Origin: an uncultured virus (IMG/VR IMGVR_UViG_3300026522_000958) | Lineage: Duplodnaviria > Heunggongvirae > Uroviricota > Caudoviricetes | Virus record (IMG/VR): IMGVR_UViG_3300026522_000958 | Strand: one strand, 5' to 3' | Length of the DNA stretch: 64,000 nucleotides | Shown: positions 38,549-49,289 of the stretch, piece by piece | Numbering within the stretch: position 1 is the first letter of the stretch | How the letters are laid out: every line of letters starts with the position of its first letter | Notes under the pieces: model-generated | The model's database searches: none | Seen by the model: only the letters and a program-made list of their open reading frames with translations | What the model was told of the DNA's origin: nothing | Program-made: the position numbers and the translations under genes

Positions 38549-41233
38549 ATGCAGAAAGCACTGCTGATAGCAGAAAAACCGTCTCTGAGACGCGCGATAG
38601 AAGAGGTGTACAGAAAGCATGAGTCGGAGATACCGTATAAGATAGACTTCAAAGAGCAGAGTGGACATCTCCTTACTTTAAAGATGCCGTCAGAACTGGA
38701 TGATTCTCTGAAAAACTGGAGCTGGGATCATCTGCCGTTTAACCCTGAAGATTACGGCGGATTTAAGTATAAAGTCATTTCAGAGAAAAAAACAGGACAT
38801 TTCAAGACCCCTGGAGAGAGATACAATGAGATAAAAGGAGCCCTGAAAAACGGCGGGTATGATTTTGTTATAAACGCAGGAGATCCTGATCAGGAAGGAG
38901 AACTTCTTATCCAGCTCGTACTGAAAGCACTGAAGAATACCCTCCCTGTAAAGAGATACTGGTCAAATGACCTTACCGAGCCGAAGATACTCGAGGCCCT
39001 TAAAAATCTGAGAGACGATGATAATGATCCGATGCTCAAAAATCTCCTTTCGGCAGCATACGCCAGACAGAGGAGCGATTACAGGGTCGGAATGAACCTT
39101 TCTGAAGCCGGATCGCTCAAGATGGGTACGAGAGTGGCACTTGGCCGCGTAAAGACCCCGATAATGGCGATCGTGTGCAGAAGAGAAAATGAGATAAAGA
39201 ACTTCAGGCCTACAACGGTCTACGGCGTTGTATCAGAGTACTCTGAGGGGTTCACAGGGCAGTATTTTAATCCTTCTGAAAAGAATGATGGCGATATATC
39301 CGAGAAAGATAAGGATCAGAAAGGTCTGGTCTATTTCGATACAAAGCAGGAAGCAGAAGATTTCATAAAAAGGTTGCCAAAAGAAGCTTCGGTCGTATCT
39401 TTTGAGTCAAAGAAGCAGGAAACTCTGCCGCCGAAGCTTTTCAAACTTGCCACAGCGCAGATCGCAGCGGGCAAATTGGGCTATAATTCTGCACAGACGC
39501 TTTCTATCATTCAGTCATTGTATGAGAAAAAGTACCTGTCCTATCCGCGTACCGACTGCGAATATCTTTCGAGCGGGGAAGACTTTGAAGGCATGCTTAA
39601 AGCGGCTGCCTCAGTCCCGTCTCTGGTACCGTTCATAAAGACAGTATCAAAGGCAAAGATAGGACAGGTAAGAGTGACGAAGAAATGGATAAACGATGCG
39701 AAACTGAAGGAATCAGGACACAGTGCTCTTGTGCCGACGGATAACAGACCTGATTTTTCTTCTCTGACTGAAGACGAACAGAAGATATATGAACTCGTAT
39801 GCCGTCAGTTTGTCGCCATATTCCTTGAACCGCTTATTCAGAATAAGACGACACTCATTGCAGCCATCGGTGGTAACCCGTTTAGGTCATCAGGCAAGAC
39901 TCTCGTTTCTGAAGGATATACAGCCATATTTGGAACAAAGTTTACCGATACTGAAATCCCCGAACACGCGAAGGGCGATGATCTTGATATAACCGGATTT
40001 TTAGTTTCTGAAAAGACGACACAGTGCCCGAAGAGGTTTACTGATGCAGACCTGATAGCGGTATGCGAAGCGCCTGCAAAGTTTCTTGATGACAAGAGCC
40101 TTAAATCTCTAGGGAAGGAATTAAAGATTGGTACTCCTGCAACCAGATCCTCGATAATAGACGGTCTCGTGAAGAGAGATAAGTATCTGAAACGCCAGAA
40201 ATCCGGTAAGGTGGAACATATCGTCCCAACAGAAGAGGGAATGTCCATATATGAAAATCTGAAGGATTTTGAAATCTGCAAGGTTGACATGACAGGACAC
40301 TGGGAACTCGAGCTTGAAGACATCCGTGAAGGAAAGATGACCCTTGCTCAGATGGAATCCGGTATGAAAGACGACGTAGCGAGGATGATCGATGAGATAA
40401 AAAGTGCAAAAATGTCAGCCGTGGCAGGAAAGAAAGCAAAAAAGATTATCGGGACATGTCCTTTATGCGGCGGCAGCATCATATCTGCTGAAAAAAGTTT
40501 TTACTGCTCTAATTTCAGGGACGGCTGTAAATTCGGTGCGTTTAGGAAGGTATGCGGCGCCACTATAGAAGACAACGAATTCCTTTCAATGATCGGTGGC
40601 GGGGTTATTACAAAGACGCTTAAAAAAGACAGCTATACATGGGAACAGCCGTTATGCTATAAGAATGGAAAGATAGAATTCATTGTTGAAGAAAAGACAG
40701 CGTCTGACTTTATATGCCCCGTATGCGGTAAGCAGATGTCCCAGGACAGCACGTTTGTCGTATGCAGCTGCGGTTTTAAGTTCAGGAAGGTCATCGGCGG
40801 ACATACCATGACCGTAGAAGAAATGGCAGAGCTCAAGGATAAAGGAAAGACTCCTGTAATCAAAGGGCTTATGGGTAAGAGCGGTAAGACATATGATGCA
40901 TTCTTTACCGTAAAAGATGATAAAAAAGGACTTGCCTATAATTTCCCTGAAAGAAAGGCAGAAGAGACCTCGCTTGCCTGTCCGTGCTGTGGGAAGAATT
41001 TAAAACGCGACGGTCTCGTCCTTCAATGCGACTGCGGTCTTAAGATCTGGACAAAGACGTGCGGAGTCTCTCTTACAGATGCAGATATCATGGATCTTAT
41101 AAACAACGGTAGGACAGGGCTTATAAAAGGCCTGACAAGCAGAAAGAGCGGTAAGAAATTTGACGCCTATATCGTTCTTGACAAAACAGAAAAGACGACA
41201 AAATTTGAATTCCCGCCGAGAAAGAAGAAGTAA
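38549..41233 (+). CDS. topB: type IA DNA topoisomerase (topoisomerase III-like) with C-terminal Zn-ribbon repeats
   Basis: IAEKPS, AGDPDQEGE, GRVKTP, SYPRTD, IGTPATR; SGKxFDA C-terminal repeats. Confidence 0.9.
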   Translation: MQKALLIAEKPSLRRAIEEVYRKHESEIPYKIDFKEQSGHLLTLKMPSELDDSLKNWSWDHLPFNPEDYGGFKYKVISEKKTGHFKTPGERYNEIKGALKNGGYDFVINAGDPDQEGELLIQLVLKALKNTLPVKRYWSNDLTEPKILEALKNLRDDDNDPMLKNLLSAAYARQRSDYRVGMNLSEAGSLKMGTRVALGRVKTPIMAIVCRRENEIKNFRPTTVYGVVSEYSEGFTGQYFNPSEKNDGDISEKDKDQKGLVYFDTKQEAEDFIKRLPKEASVVSFESKKQETLPPKLFKLATAQIAAGKLGYNSAQTLSIIQSLYEKKYLSYPRTDCEYLSSGEDFEGMLKAAASVPSLVPFIKTVSKAKIGQVRVTKKWINDAKLKESGHSALVPTDNRPDFSSLTEDEQKIYELVCRQFVAIFLEPLIQNKTTLIAAIGGNPFRSSGKTLVSEGYTAIFGTKFTDTEIPEHAKGDDLDITGFLVSEKTTQCPKRFTDADLIAVCEAPAKFLDDKSLKSLGKELKIGTPATRSSIIDGLVKRDKYLKRQKSGKVEHIVPTEEGMSIYENLKDFEICKVDMTGHWELELEDIREGKMTLAQMESGMKDDVARMIDEIKSAKMSAVAGKKAKKIIGTCPLCGGSIISAEKSFYCSNFRDGCKFGAFRKVCGATIEDNEFLSMIGGGVITKTLKKDSYTWEQPLCYKNGKIEFIVEEKTASDFICPVCGKQMSQDSTFVVCSCGFKFRKVIGGHTMTVEEMAELKDKGKTPVIKGLMGKSGKTYDAFFTVKDDKKGLAYNFPERKAEETSLACPCCGKNLKRDGLVLQCDCGLKIWTKTCGVSLTDADIMDLINNGRTGLIKGLTSRKSGKKFDAYIVLDKTEKTTKFEFPPRKKK

Positions 41234-41245
41234 AGGAGTCAGAGG

Positions 41246-41674
41246 ATGTTTAAGATCGTAAAGAACAATATTCCCGATGTCTTCGAGTGTTTTTATGAAG
41301 ATGAATACAGGAACAGAGCACACTTAAAACGCGAAGACCACGGGTTTTATATGAGGATATGCCCGAACAACAAGGCAGTCGAATTCCCGCTCATAAGAGT
41401 GGAATTCCCCATATCCCCTGATGACAAGGGCATAAGCTTCAAGCTGAAGTTTTATGACGGGACAGACCATACGGCTGATCCTGATATACAGGCGGCGATA
41501 CAGGGGGCGGCTGAACTCGTGAACCGTTGGATATGCATGGTTACTGATGTTTCCACTCTCGACTTTAACCCAAAGTACATGCATATAAATGATACTGAAG
41601 CCTATGCCAGGCTGAAGCTCGATTCAATCACGAAATATGAGGAACTGAATCAGGTGAAAAGCGCGGTGAAATAA
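41246..41674 (+). CDS. hypothetical protein
   Basis: AAGGAG RBS directly after topB. Confidence 0.6.
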   Translation: MFKIVKNNIPDVFECFYEDEYRNRAHLKREDHGFYMRICPNNKAVEFPLIRVEFPISPDDKGISFKLKFYDGTDHTADPDIQAAIQGAAELVNRWICMVTDVSTLDFNPKYMHINDTEAYARLKLDSITKYEELNQVKSAVK

Positions 41675-41732
41675 ACAGATCCTGCGCATATCATATACCA
41701 CTTCTAAAATGTAGACAGATTTTTAAAGGAGG

Positions 41733-43844
41733 ATGCTAATGCAGATAACACCTTTGTCTGAAAATCCGTGGTATCAGAAGGTCTTAAAAGAGATCACTGA
41801 AACGGACAGACGCAAACGGGAGATGGAAAAGAATTTCCACTCCGACATGATCGACGACTATCAGCAGCTTGTCGAAGAAGAAGCAAAGCAGGCCGTAGAA
41901 CTATTAAAATACGGTGTGGGATGCCAAGTCTCAAAAGGAGCTGTTCTCATTACGGTAGATGATGAGACGACTTTTGAGATCCAGAAAGAAGCATTAAGGA
42001 ATGAGCTCGGGGTAGATCAGTACAACCTTCTCGTGAACAATATCACAGAAGACAATGACTCTGATAAAGATGAGACAGAAAAAGAAACAGATGAGAGCGA
42101 TGACTCAGCAAAAATGTCTCCGTCTCCTTCATTTGAATCAGGACAGAGCCAGACGGTCAAACTCCCTGATGGAAGCAGAGTTCCTGCATATCTGGCTCCG
42201 ATGCTTATCTTCCAGCAGGCCATGAATCAGGCAATGTCCATCTATACCGGGCAGGATCCGAGATACCAGCAGACAGGGACGGGACTTCAGATATCGAGAG
42301 GGAAGAAGGAACATTCCAAATCGACTTCCGAACTGTTAAAGAATATTGCTGATCTGCAGCAGCAGGTGCTTCTTATCGAAGATGAGAAGAATGCGGCGCA
42401 GGAAGGCAATAAGCGTGAAGTTGAGGATTTAAAGATCGAAAAGGCCGAAACTGAAGCAAAACAGCGTGAAACGATGGCAAAGATCGGAGCTCTCCAGTCA
42501 CGTATCACCGAACTCAACAAGAAGTGTGAAGCCCAGATACAGGCTGCGAAGGACGAGGTAAAAAAAGCTTCTGAGGAAGCCAGGGCGAAAGAAGAAGAGC
42601 TTGAACGCATAAGCATTTCGATGAGTGAGAAAGATGCTCTTGCAGAGCAGACGAAGAATTCTCTTGCCGATACCGAGAAAGAGCTCGCGGAGGCGAAAGA
42701 ATCCCTGAGCGCAAGGCAGAAAGAGCTCGAAGAAGTAAAGAACAATGCTGAACAGGAAAAGAAGAAGCTCCTTGAGGACGCTGAAAACCTGAGAGCAGAG
42801 ATCACGGAGAGTGTCGAAAAAGCCAGACAGGAAGCGGCATTAGATGTGACGCGCACCAAAGATTCGGAGATTGCGTCTCTTAAGAGCAGACATTCAGATG
42901 AGATCAGCGAGATCAACAGCAGGCATGCGAAAGAGATTGAAAGCCTTAACAGCAAACATGCCAGCGAGGTAAACGACCTTAACATCAGACACGCAAAGGA
43001 GACAGAAAGTCTTAAGCAGTCAGCAAAAGAGGCGGCTGCAAAAGCTAGAGCTGAAGGAGAAAAAGAATCCGGTACCGTAAAAAACCTTGAACAGCAGGTC
43101 AGAAACGCGGAAGATTCTCTTGAAAAAGAGAAAGCTAACTCGCAGAAGGCGTGGGACAGATACAACAAAGCGAAAGAGGATATCGCAAGACTCCGCAAGG
43201 AGCTCGACGATGCCAAAAAGAAAGCCTCTGAGGCAGCAGAGCAGCTTGATAACTTAAAAGATGCAAACGACACTCTTTCAGAAGCTGCTTATAAAGATCA
43301 GCTGACAGGTGTAAAGACCACTATCGCGATGAATGAGGAACTTCCTGATAAAGATCCTGCATCACTTGTCGTGATAAGGACCGGCATTAGCGGAATGAAG
43401 GCTATAAACGACAACGGCGGCATTTCACTAGGCAATCAGACGATCGAAGCTGTGGCATCAGCCCTGTCAGATAAGTTCGGGGCTGAAAACGTATACCGCA
43501 CGATGGGAGACCAGTTCGTGGTATGCACCAAAAATCCTGATAAAGCAAACAGCCTTATCGCGGATGTGAGGAATGCCCTGAAGAGTAAATACAACGTAAA
43601 TATCATTTACGGTGTCGCTTCAAGAGGCACCAACAATGCTGAAAGCGTTACCGATATATTCTCGGCTGCAGTACAGATCATGCAGAACATGAAAACAGGA
43701 AGCAGCACTCATTCTCCTGCTCCGGCTAAAAATCCGCAGGAGAGCATGGAAGATATATCTGTAGACGAGGATCCGTCAGATGACGGCGATTATGCCGACG
43801 ACGATCTGCTCATGAAAACGCTTGCAGAAGGACAGAGCCTTTAA
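41733..43844 (+). CDS. long coiled-coil protein with a degenerate GGDEF-like C-terminal domain
   Basis: AYKDQLTG, MKAINDNGG..LGNQTI, VYRTMGDQFVV (GGDEF replaced by MGDQF); 11-aa RH..EI..LN repeats. Confidence 0.7.
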   Translation: MLMQITPLSENPWYQKVLKEITETDRRKREMEKNFHSDMIDDYQQLVEEEAKQAVELLKYGVGCQVSKGAVLITVDDETTFEIQKEALRNELGVDQYNLLVNNITEDNDSDKDETEKETDESDDSAKMSPSPSFESGQSQTVKLPDGSRVPAYLAPMLIFQQAMNQAMSIYTGQDPRYQQTGTGLQISRGKKEHSKSTSELLKNIADLQQQVLLIEDEKNAAQEGNKREVEDLKIEKAETEAKQRETMAKIGALQSRITELNKKCEAQIQAAKDEVKKASEEARAKEEELERISISMSEKDALAEQTKNSLADTEKELAEAKESLSARQKELEEVKNNAEQEKKKLLEDAENLRAEITESVEKARQEAALDVTRTKDSEIASLKSRHSDEISEINSRHAKEIESLNSKHASEVNDLNIRHAKETESLKQSAKEAAAKARAEGEKESGTVKNLEQQVRNAEDSLEKEKANSQKAWDRYNKAKEDIARLRKELDDAKKKASEAAEQLDNLKDANDTLSEAAYKDQLTGVKTTIAMNEELPDKDPASLVVIRTGISGMKAINDNGGISLGNQTIEAVASALSDKFGAENVYRTMGDQFVVCTKNPDKANSLIADVRNALKSKYNVNIIYGVASRGTNNAESVTDIFSAAVQIMQNMKTGSSTHSPAPAKNPQESMEDISVDEDPSDDGDYADDDLLMKTLAEGQSL

Positions 43845-43872
43845 AAATGGGCACTATGGAAGGTTATAAATA

Positions 43873-45123
43873 ATGTCAGAACTCTGGGAAGAAAATAACA
43901 AAGTGATGACGATAAGGGAAGAAAACGGAGTTCCGGCAGAGATCCTTAAAGTGGACGAGCCGGGGCTCCTTCCTTTTTATCTAAAGCATCACTGTACGAT
44001 AGAAAGATATAATGAATGGCTTAAAAGACGTTCTATCCCCAATGAAAGAGAAGGGTACGCTGATCTGAAGAAATATACGAAAGCGTTTACCTGTCTTCAC
44101 CATGCCTCGGTCTCTGATCCGTTCTGGGTGAGACGGCGGTATGAGAAGTGGTCGCAGGTCAGTTTTTACAATAAGATATTTTCACCCGAACTCGGTAACC
44201 TGATCTTCATGCCTTATAATACATCAGGAATGAGCATCAAAAGCGACTCGTCTCCCGACCTTACGACCAACGGAGTCCTGCGCAAGTGCTGGAGACAGCA
44301 TGAGGACAAAAGGCCTTATCTCGTAAAGGCAGGTAGTAAGAAGTACAGGCATGAGCCGCTTTCTGAAGTGTTATCATCTGTCATCCTTGAAAAGTTGGAC
44401 GTTATACCGTATGTAAGGTACGACCTGCATATTGAAGGTATAGAGATGTGTTCTGTATGTGACAGCTTTATAGAGCTAGGGCAGGAGCTCGTGCCTGCAT
44501 CAGACTTTTACAGCGATGAAAAACGGCAGAAGAGTGAGACAGTCTATCAGCATCTGCTTAAGATGTGCAAAAAGTATGAGATACCGGGAGCTGAAGAGTA
44601 TGTCGACAAAATGATCTTTCTTGACAGTTTTCTTGGGAACACAGACAGGAACTTAAGTAATATCGGGTTTATCTATGACGTAAGGAAAGGACGTTTCTTG
44701 GGTCCTGCCCCAATCTACGACAACGGGACTGCTTTTTTCGATGGGAATATCATCCGTCAGGAGAGCGGTATAAAGCCCTTCAGTACTGAAGAAAAGAGGA
44801 TCTTTGATAAAGTTCTGAAGGAATGCGATTTTACAAGGATACAGAAAGACAGGTCTTATGAACAGCTGATAAACAATTATCCCGGCATAAGCAATGAAGT
44901 GGCACAGCGAACCATAGAACAGCTCGGACTGAAGGCAGAAGCCTATGTAAAAGGGCGGATGTTTGTAGAAAAGGAAGAAAAGACCGTTATAGATATGCAT
45001 CCTGATGATATGCCTGACATTGCTTCGGTTTTGGATGATGACGAACCTGTATTTGAAGAACCTGACATTGTCGTTCCGGACAGCGTGAAGCATAAAGGCA
45101 GAGATGACGATCTGCTGTTGTGA
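43873..45123 (+). CDS. HipA-like kinase domain protein
   Basis: TNGVLRKCW, LVKAG, EPLSEV, NTDRNLSNIG, PAPIYDNG. Confidence 0.75.
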   Translation: MSELWEENNKVMTIREENGVPAEILKVDEPGLLPFYLKHHCTIERYNEWLKRRSIPNEREGYADLKKYTKAFTCLHHASVSDPFWVRRRYEKWSQVSFYNKIFSPELGNLIFMPYNTSGMSIKSDSSPDLTTNGVLRKCWRQHEDKRPYLVKAGSKKYRHEPLSEVLSSVILEKLDVIPYVRYDLHIEGIEMCSVCDSFIELGQELVPASDFYSDEKRQKSETVYQHLLKMCKKYEIPGAEEYVDKMIFLDSFLGNTDRNLSNIGFIYDVRKGRFLGPAPIYDNGTAFFDGNIIRQESGIKPFSTEEKRIFDKVLKECDFTRIQKDRSYEQLINNYPGISNEVAQRTIEQLGLKAEAYVKGRMFVEKEEKTVIDMHPDDMPDIASVLDDDEPVFEEPDIVVPDSVKHKGRDDDLLL

Positions 45124-45227
45124 CTGACATGGCTGTATCTTTTTGAAGGGTTACGGTTCTCCCAAATCTTTAGCAGTATATTTGATCACATATTTTATAT
45201 CCTGCTGAGGATGAAAGGAGCAATAAA

Positions 45228-46004
45228 ATGACAAGAAAAGAACTAAAAGAATCTTTAGAGGCCGGCGCCAGTCTGAAGGAAATCCTTCCTGTATCAGATG
45301 GACAGGAATGCCATATCGTCAAACTCAGATGGCCTGCCGATGTAAAGAATAATCTCGATGAGGTTATCTATATTCCGGATCTTTCTCTTAATGAGATAGA
45401 TTATGATTCAGAATGTTTACCATTAGAGGAGATTGCGCACATAGTCGCGTATACCTATACGGTGAGGGATTTTCTGCAGGAAGCCTCATTTAACGTAGAG
45501 CTGGCGCGAGATATTTTTTGCCAGTGTGACTGGCAGCATCCTGAGATACAGGACTTAAAAGACTGTACCGATAATGATGAAGCCATAAGATATTATGGCG
45601 AATCGTGGGATGAAATCGAGTCTCGTGAAAACGAGATACAGGCGGCAAGGAAAGAGTTATACCGTCTGTACCAGTTAGACTGGATGATACAGCACGGTTA
45701 CAGCCTTAAGGATATCATCCGGCAGTGCGAGAAGTACTGCGGCGAAGTCCTCAATGAGGGAGCCGGCGATGCAGAAGATGCTTCATGTGACTTTTGCACT
45801 GAGCTTGATGAATCCGGATTAGACGGAGGGGAGATTTTCGTAGGTTTTGATGAATTCCTTGATACGGAATATCGGAATTTTTCATATATGAATATTCTTG
45901 CCCGTGAATCCCCTCTGGGGTTCAGTAAGCTTCAGAAAGCATATCTCACTGATACTAAGGGAATTCGAAATAAAAAGTTGGAAATACTTCCGGCAATAGC
46001 ATAA
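45228..46004 (+). CDS. hypothetical acidic protein
   Basis: AAAGGAG RBS; variant promoter motif at 45162-45190; terminator-like hairpin at ~46036-46062. Confidence 0.65.
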   Translation: MTRKELKESLEAGASLKEILPVSDGQECHIVKLRWPADVKNNLDEVIYIPDLSLNEIDYDSECLPLEEIAHIVAYTYTVRDFLQEASFNVELARDIFCQCDWQHPEIQDLKDCTDNDEAIRYYGESWDEIESRENEIQAARKELYRLYQLDWMIQHGYSLKDIIRQCEKYCGEVLNEGAGDAEDASCDFCTELDESGLDGGEIFVGFDEFLDTEYRNFSYMNILARESPLGFSKLQKAYLTDTKGIRNKKLEILPAIA

Positions 46005-46239
46005 TCCCCATCTGTCTAACTTATTGTCATTACAAGGCATCGCTTCGGCGGTGTCTTTTTTCTTCTGTATATTCCGTTTCAAGGAGAGACTCCGCTTATG
46101 CGGTTTTTCATATATAGAAAACAAATCCGTATAGAGTTTTTCATATATGAAAATCAGGCAAGTCGTCTTTAAAGTCTTAAATTCCAAATCTTTTAATAGC
46201 CTGAACAAACAGCAAAGATGACCGGAAAGGAAAAAGGAA

Positions 46240-46599
46240 ATGTCAGAAAATAGAGAAGTCAGAGATATGTATATGCTTGTGACTCTTGATTCGGTATCCG
46301 ACATAAAAAAATTCGTGGATATCAACCGTTCTGTAGGTATACGCCCTGTAATAAAAGGCATGAACGGGGGCAGAGTATTCGGCAACAGCGTGATACAGAT
46401 GCTTATGGCTGATCTGCAGAGCCCGGTTCTGATGGAACTGTCAGGGGAAGACAGCCAGATAGAGGCACTGGAAGAGATGTATCAAAAGGGAGGTATATCC
46501 TATGAACCTGTAACAAAGACGCAAAGGGGCGTCGGAGAGGAAATTTTAAGATGGAAAAAGATGATGGCCGTTTACGGGCTGAGTCCGAAGGCGGTGTAA
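46240..46599 (+). CDS. HPr-like protein
   Basis: VTLDSVSDIKKFV...RVFGNSVIQML...LELSGED resembles clostridial HPr-like proteins; no catalytic His seen. Confidence 0.5.
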   Translation: MSENREVRDMYMLVTLDSVSDIKKFVDINRSVGIRPVIKGMNGGRVFGNSVIQMLMADLQSPVLMELSGEDSQIEALEEMYQKGGISYEPVTKTQRGVGEEILRWKKMMAVYGLSPKAV

Positions 46600-47255
46600 A
46601 TGAAAATGCATCTTCATCCGTCTGGTCTTTATCAGATTTTGATAAAAAAGCTTTTTCTGAAAAAGAACTGCGTGAAGCGATCTTTAACTTTATAGACTTA
46701 AAGGATAAGTATACGGCCCAACACTGTTTAAATGTCGCAGGATATGCCGGAAAGATTGCAAGGATGGCAGGCTTTTCTGAAAGAGGAGCACTGATCGTAA
46801 AGCACGCGGGCCTTCTGCATGATATAGGTAAGGTGCTTATCGACAAGAGCATACTCCTGAAGAAAGGCAGACTAACGGAAGCTGAATTCTATCAGATGCA
46901 GTCTCATCCTGAAAAAGGCATGAGATGCCTTTCAATGTTCGACCTCCGCGAAGAGATCGTGGATGCGGCATGGCATCACCATGAGAGATACGATGGGAAG
47001 GGATACCCGGATGGTCTCAGTGGTACAGGAATAATGCTTCCGACTCGCATAATCACTGTATGTGACATAGTTGATGCTATGAGGAGCAGCCGCCCATATA
47101 GCAAAGGAAAGAGTCTTGATGAGATCATCGACGAGCTTGAACGGGTGCGCGGGGAACAGACAGACCCTGGAATAACCGATCTGATGATCACTTATCTTCA
47201 GGGAGAAAAGGAAAAAGAGGATAAGGATGAAAATAAACTGATAATGATCGTATGA
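46551..47255 (+). CDS. HD-GYP domain phosphohydrolase
   Basis: KDKYTAQH, LLHDIGK, HHERYDGKGYPDGL, RPY. Confidence 0.9.
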   Translation: MEKDDGRLRAESEGGVNENASSSVWSLSDFDKKAFSEKELREAIFNFIDLKDKYTAQHCLNVAGYAGKIARMAGFSERGALIVKHAGLLHDIGKVLIDKSILLKKGRLTEAEFYQMQSHPEKGMRCLSMFDLREEIVDAAWHHHERYDGKGYPDGLSGTGIMLPTRIITVCDIVDAMRSSRPYSKGKSLDEIIDELERVRGEQTDPGITDLMITYLQGEKEKEDKDENKLIMIV

Positions 47256-47704
47256 CCAGAGAGAATGCATTAAAAAGGAGACCGGAAGGTCTTCTTTTTT
47301 GTCTCCATATATGAAAAATCCTGCGGATATATCTTCCCATAGCCGAAAGAAGAGTATAGGAGAAAATTCGGGAATCAGGGAAAAGCGATAGAAGAGGAGA
47401 AGGGAAAGATCGCTGAGGACAGGCAAAGGGAGGCGATCTTAAAGAAAGCTGTAAAAAACAAAGTTCTGATAATACAGACGGGCCGCATTAAAAGGGCCAG
47501 TATCAGAAACGGAGAACTGTTCTGGACGAGCAATAAATGATATTGCTCATCATATTAGTTTATAATATTATATTTGATATTATAGTAAAAAACGTGTGGC
47601 GGGCATAACTCCTTCCACACGTTTTTTTTAATGACAGATTTTCGGACAGAATTCCTTGAGATCTCTTGTCCAGTCGTATATATGAAAGTTATAAATTGTG
47701 GCGT

Positions 47705-47736
47705 AAAACCCACAGACTTACCCGTGGGTATGTCAA
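47705..47736 (+). mobile_element. possible relic IS200/IS605 right-end hairpin
   Basis: AAAACCCACAGACTTACCCGTGGGTATGTCAA resembles tnpB right ends; no ORF attached. Confidence 0.35.
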
Positions 47737-48019
47737 TGATCTAATATGCAAGCAGATTATTTCAATTTTAAAATAAGCATGTCAATAGAAAGCCGGAGAA
47801 TTATAAAGTTCCCCGGTTTTATCATTATATATTAGCTGAGAAATCAACAGGGAATATCAGAGTCTATCTATCCACATCCAGAAAGATCATCCATCTGGAC
47901 AAATGCGTCTCGATGATGTAAAATTGTGCAAATGTGTAAATGATTAAATGAGGTCATGCCATGACGAATATGTTCGAAAAATACACTACTGCTCAGGCAT
48001 AAAGGGGTGCAGATGATCT

Positions 48020-49255
48020 ATGTTTTATGACAAACAACCTGTGGAACATCAGGAAAATTATAAGAACATGCTTTGCATCGTGGGCAGGTTGTCTCGGCTC
48101 TTTTCAACAGCGAAAGAGCCTTATCTTTATTACCGAGCGCATGAGAACATCTTTTCGAAGTATTTTGATGTGGATAATAATGCACGTAGCGATGATTCTG
48201 CTGATGTGTATAACAGCCATATGGGTATAGGCATCGGTTTGAAGACGTGGGTCGGTCAGGATAATCAGAAAGTTGCTGAATTTGGACGACTTCGTCCTGC
48301 GTATGAGCATTTAGACGGTATGGATTTGATTCTGAAGATTGCTGAATACAGAAACACTCGAATCCGCACAACGATGAATGCACACGGATTGCACACGATG
48401 CTGTATCACATTGTGAAGCGTGTACCGGGTGCAATGTGTATTTATGAAGCTGCGTTCGACTATATCGACATTGCGAATATCGTTTTGGATGAAAAGCGAG
48501 GCAATGCGAACAGTACGTATTTCACGGACGGGAAGCATATCTATCATTTCAGCCGTTCAAAGAATACGCTATATATGATTTTCGATGATATGGAGCTTTT
48601 GGATAAGCTCGATGTGGATATAGTTGATGATCCGTATGAATTATTGTCTGATGCACTGGGTAGCGGAGAGCGGGACGGACACCGTGCGGTCATGTCGGCA
48701 ATGACGGCATCAATACCGTCGAAAGACCAACTTTGTCTGCGTCTATACTCTACAAAGGCGGATGGGACGAAATTTGTTGCAGATAAAAGCGGTCTGAATC
48801 AATGGAATGGTGTCCGAAAGTCGTATAAAACAGATGAGACGACGGGAAAACGTGTTTGCGTTCGAGTTACACCCCGCGACCCGGACGAGTTGTATATCCC
48901 GTATCCCGCTGAAGATAGACAGCGAAAGGAATTTTTTCCACCAAGGAACGTCTCGTTCGAATTATTGCTGCCTGACGGTCAGTGGATAAGTGCTAAGACA
49001 TGCCAGGCAGACGGTAAGGCGATTATGAGTAATCCGAATAATTTGTTGGGAAAATGGTTGTTGCGGGATGTATTCGAGCTTGAAGAGGGAACGGAAGTTA
49101 CGTATGAGATGTTGAAGGTATTCGGCGTAGACAGTGTAATGTTTACAAAATTGGATGACAGAAAGTATGCTGTGGATTTTTGCGAGTTGGGTACGTATGA
49201 AAAATTCTATGAGTTGGATGATAAAGACGCTGAGCTTGACAGTGAGGCTGAATAA
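48020..49255 (+). CDS. type II restriction endonuclease (NgoFVII-like)
   Basis: PYLYYRAHEN, GIGLKT, QKVAEF, KSGLNQWN, RDPDELYIP, GKAIMSNPN..LGKWLLR; convergent with a C5 MTase. Confidence 0.75.
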   Translation: MFYDKQPVEHQENYKNMLCIVGRLSRLFSTAKEPYLYYRAHENIFSKYFDVDNNARSDDSADVYNSHMGIGIGLKTWVGQDNQKVAEFGRLRPAYEHLDGMDLILKIAEYRNTRIRTTMNAHGLHTMLYHIVKRVPGAMCIYEAAFDYIDIANIVLDEKRGNANSTYFTDGKHIYHFSRSKNTLYMIFDDMELLDKLDVDIVDDPYELLSDALGSGERDGHRAVMSAMTASIPSKDQLCLRLYSTKADGTKFVADKSGLNQWNGVRKSYKTDETTGKRVCVRVTPRDPDELYIPYPAEDRQRKEFFPPRNVSFELLLPDGQWISAKTCQADGKAIMSNPNNLLGKWLLRDVFELEEGTEVTYEMLKVFGVDSVMFTKLDDRKYAVDFCELGTYEKFYELDDKDAELDSEAE

Positions 49256-49286
49256 AAAAAGAGGTGCATTTGTACCTCTTCTCTTT
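49254..49286. terminator. bidirectional terminator between R and M genes
   Basis: AAAAAAAGAGGTGCA...TGTACCTCTT. Confidence 0.65.
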
Positions 49287-49289
49287 GTG

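Noticed and set aside
42287..43273. 328-aa minus-strand ORF, and similar ones such as 14740..15474 and 8054..8725
   Set aside because: Ser/Phe/Leu-rich antisense shadows of real genes on the opposite strand.
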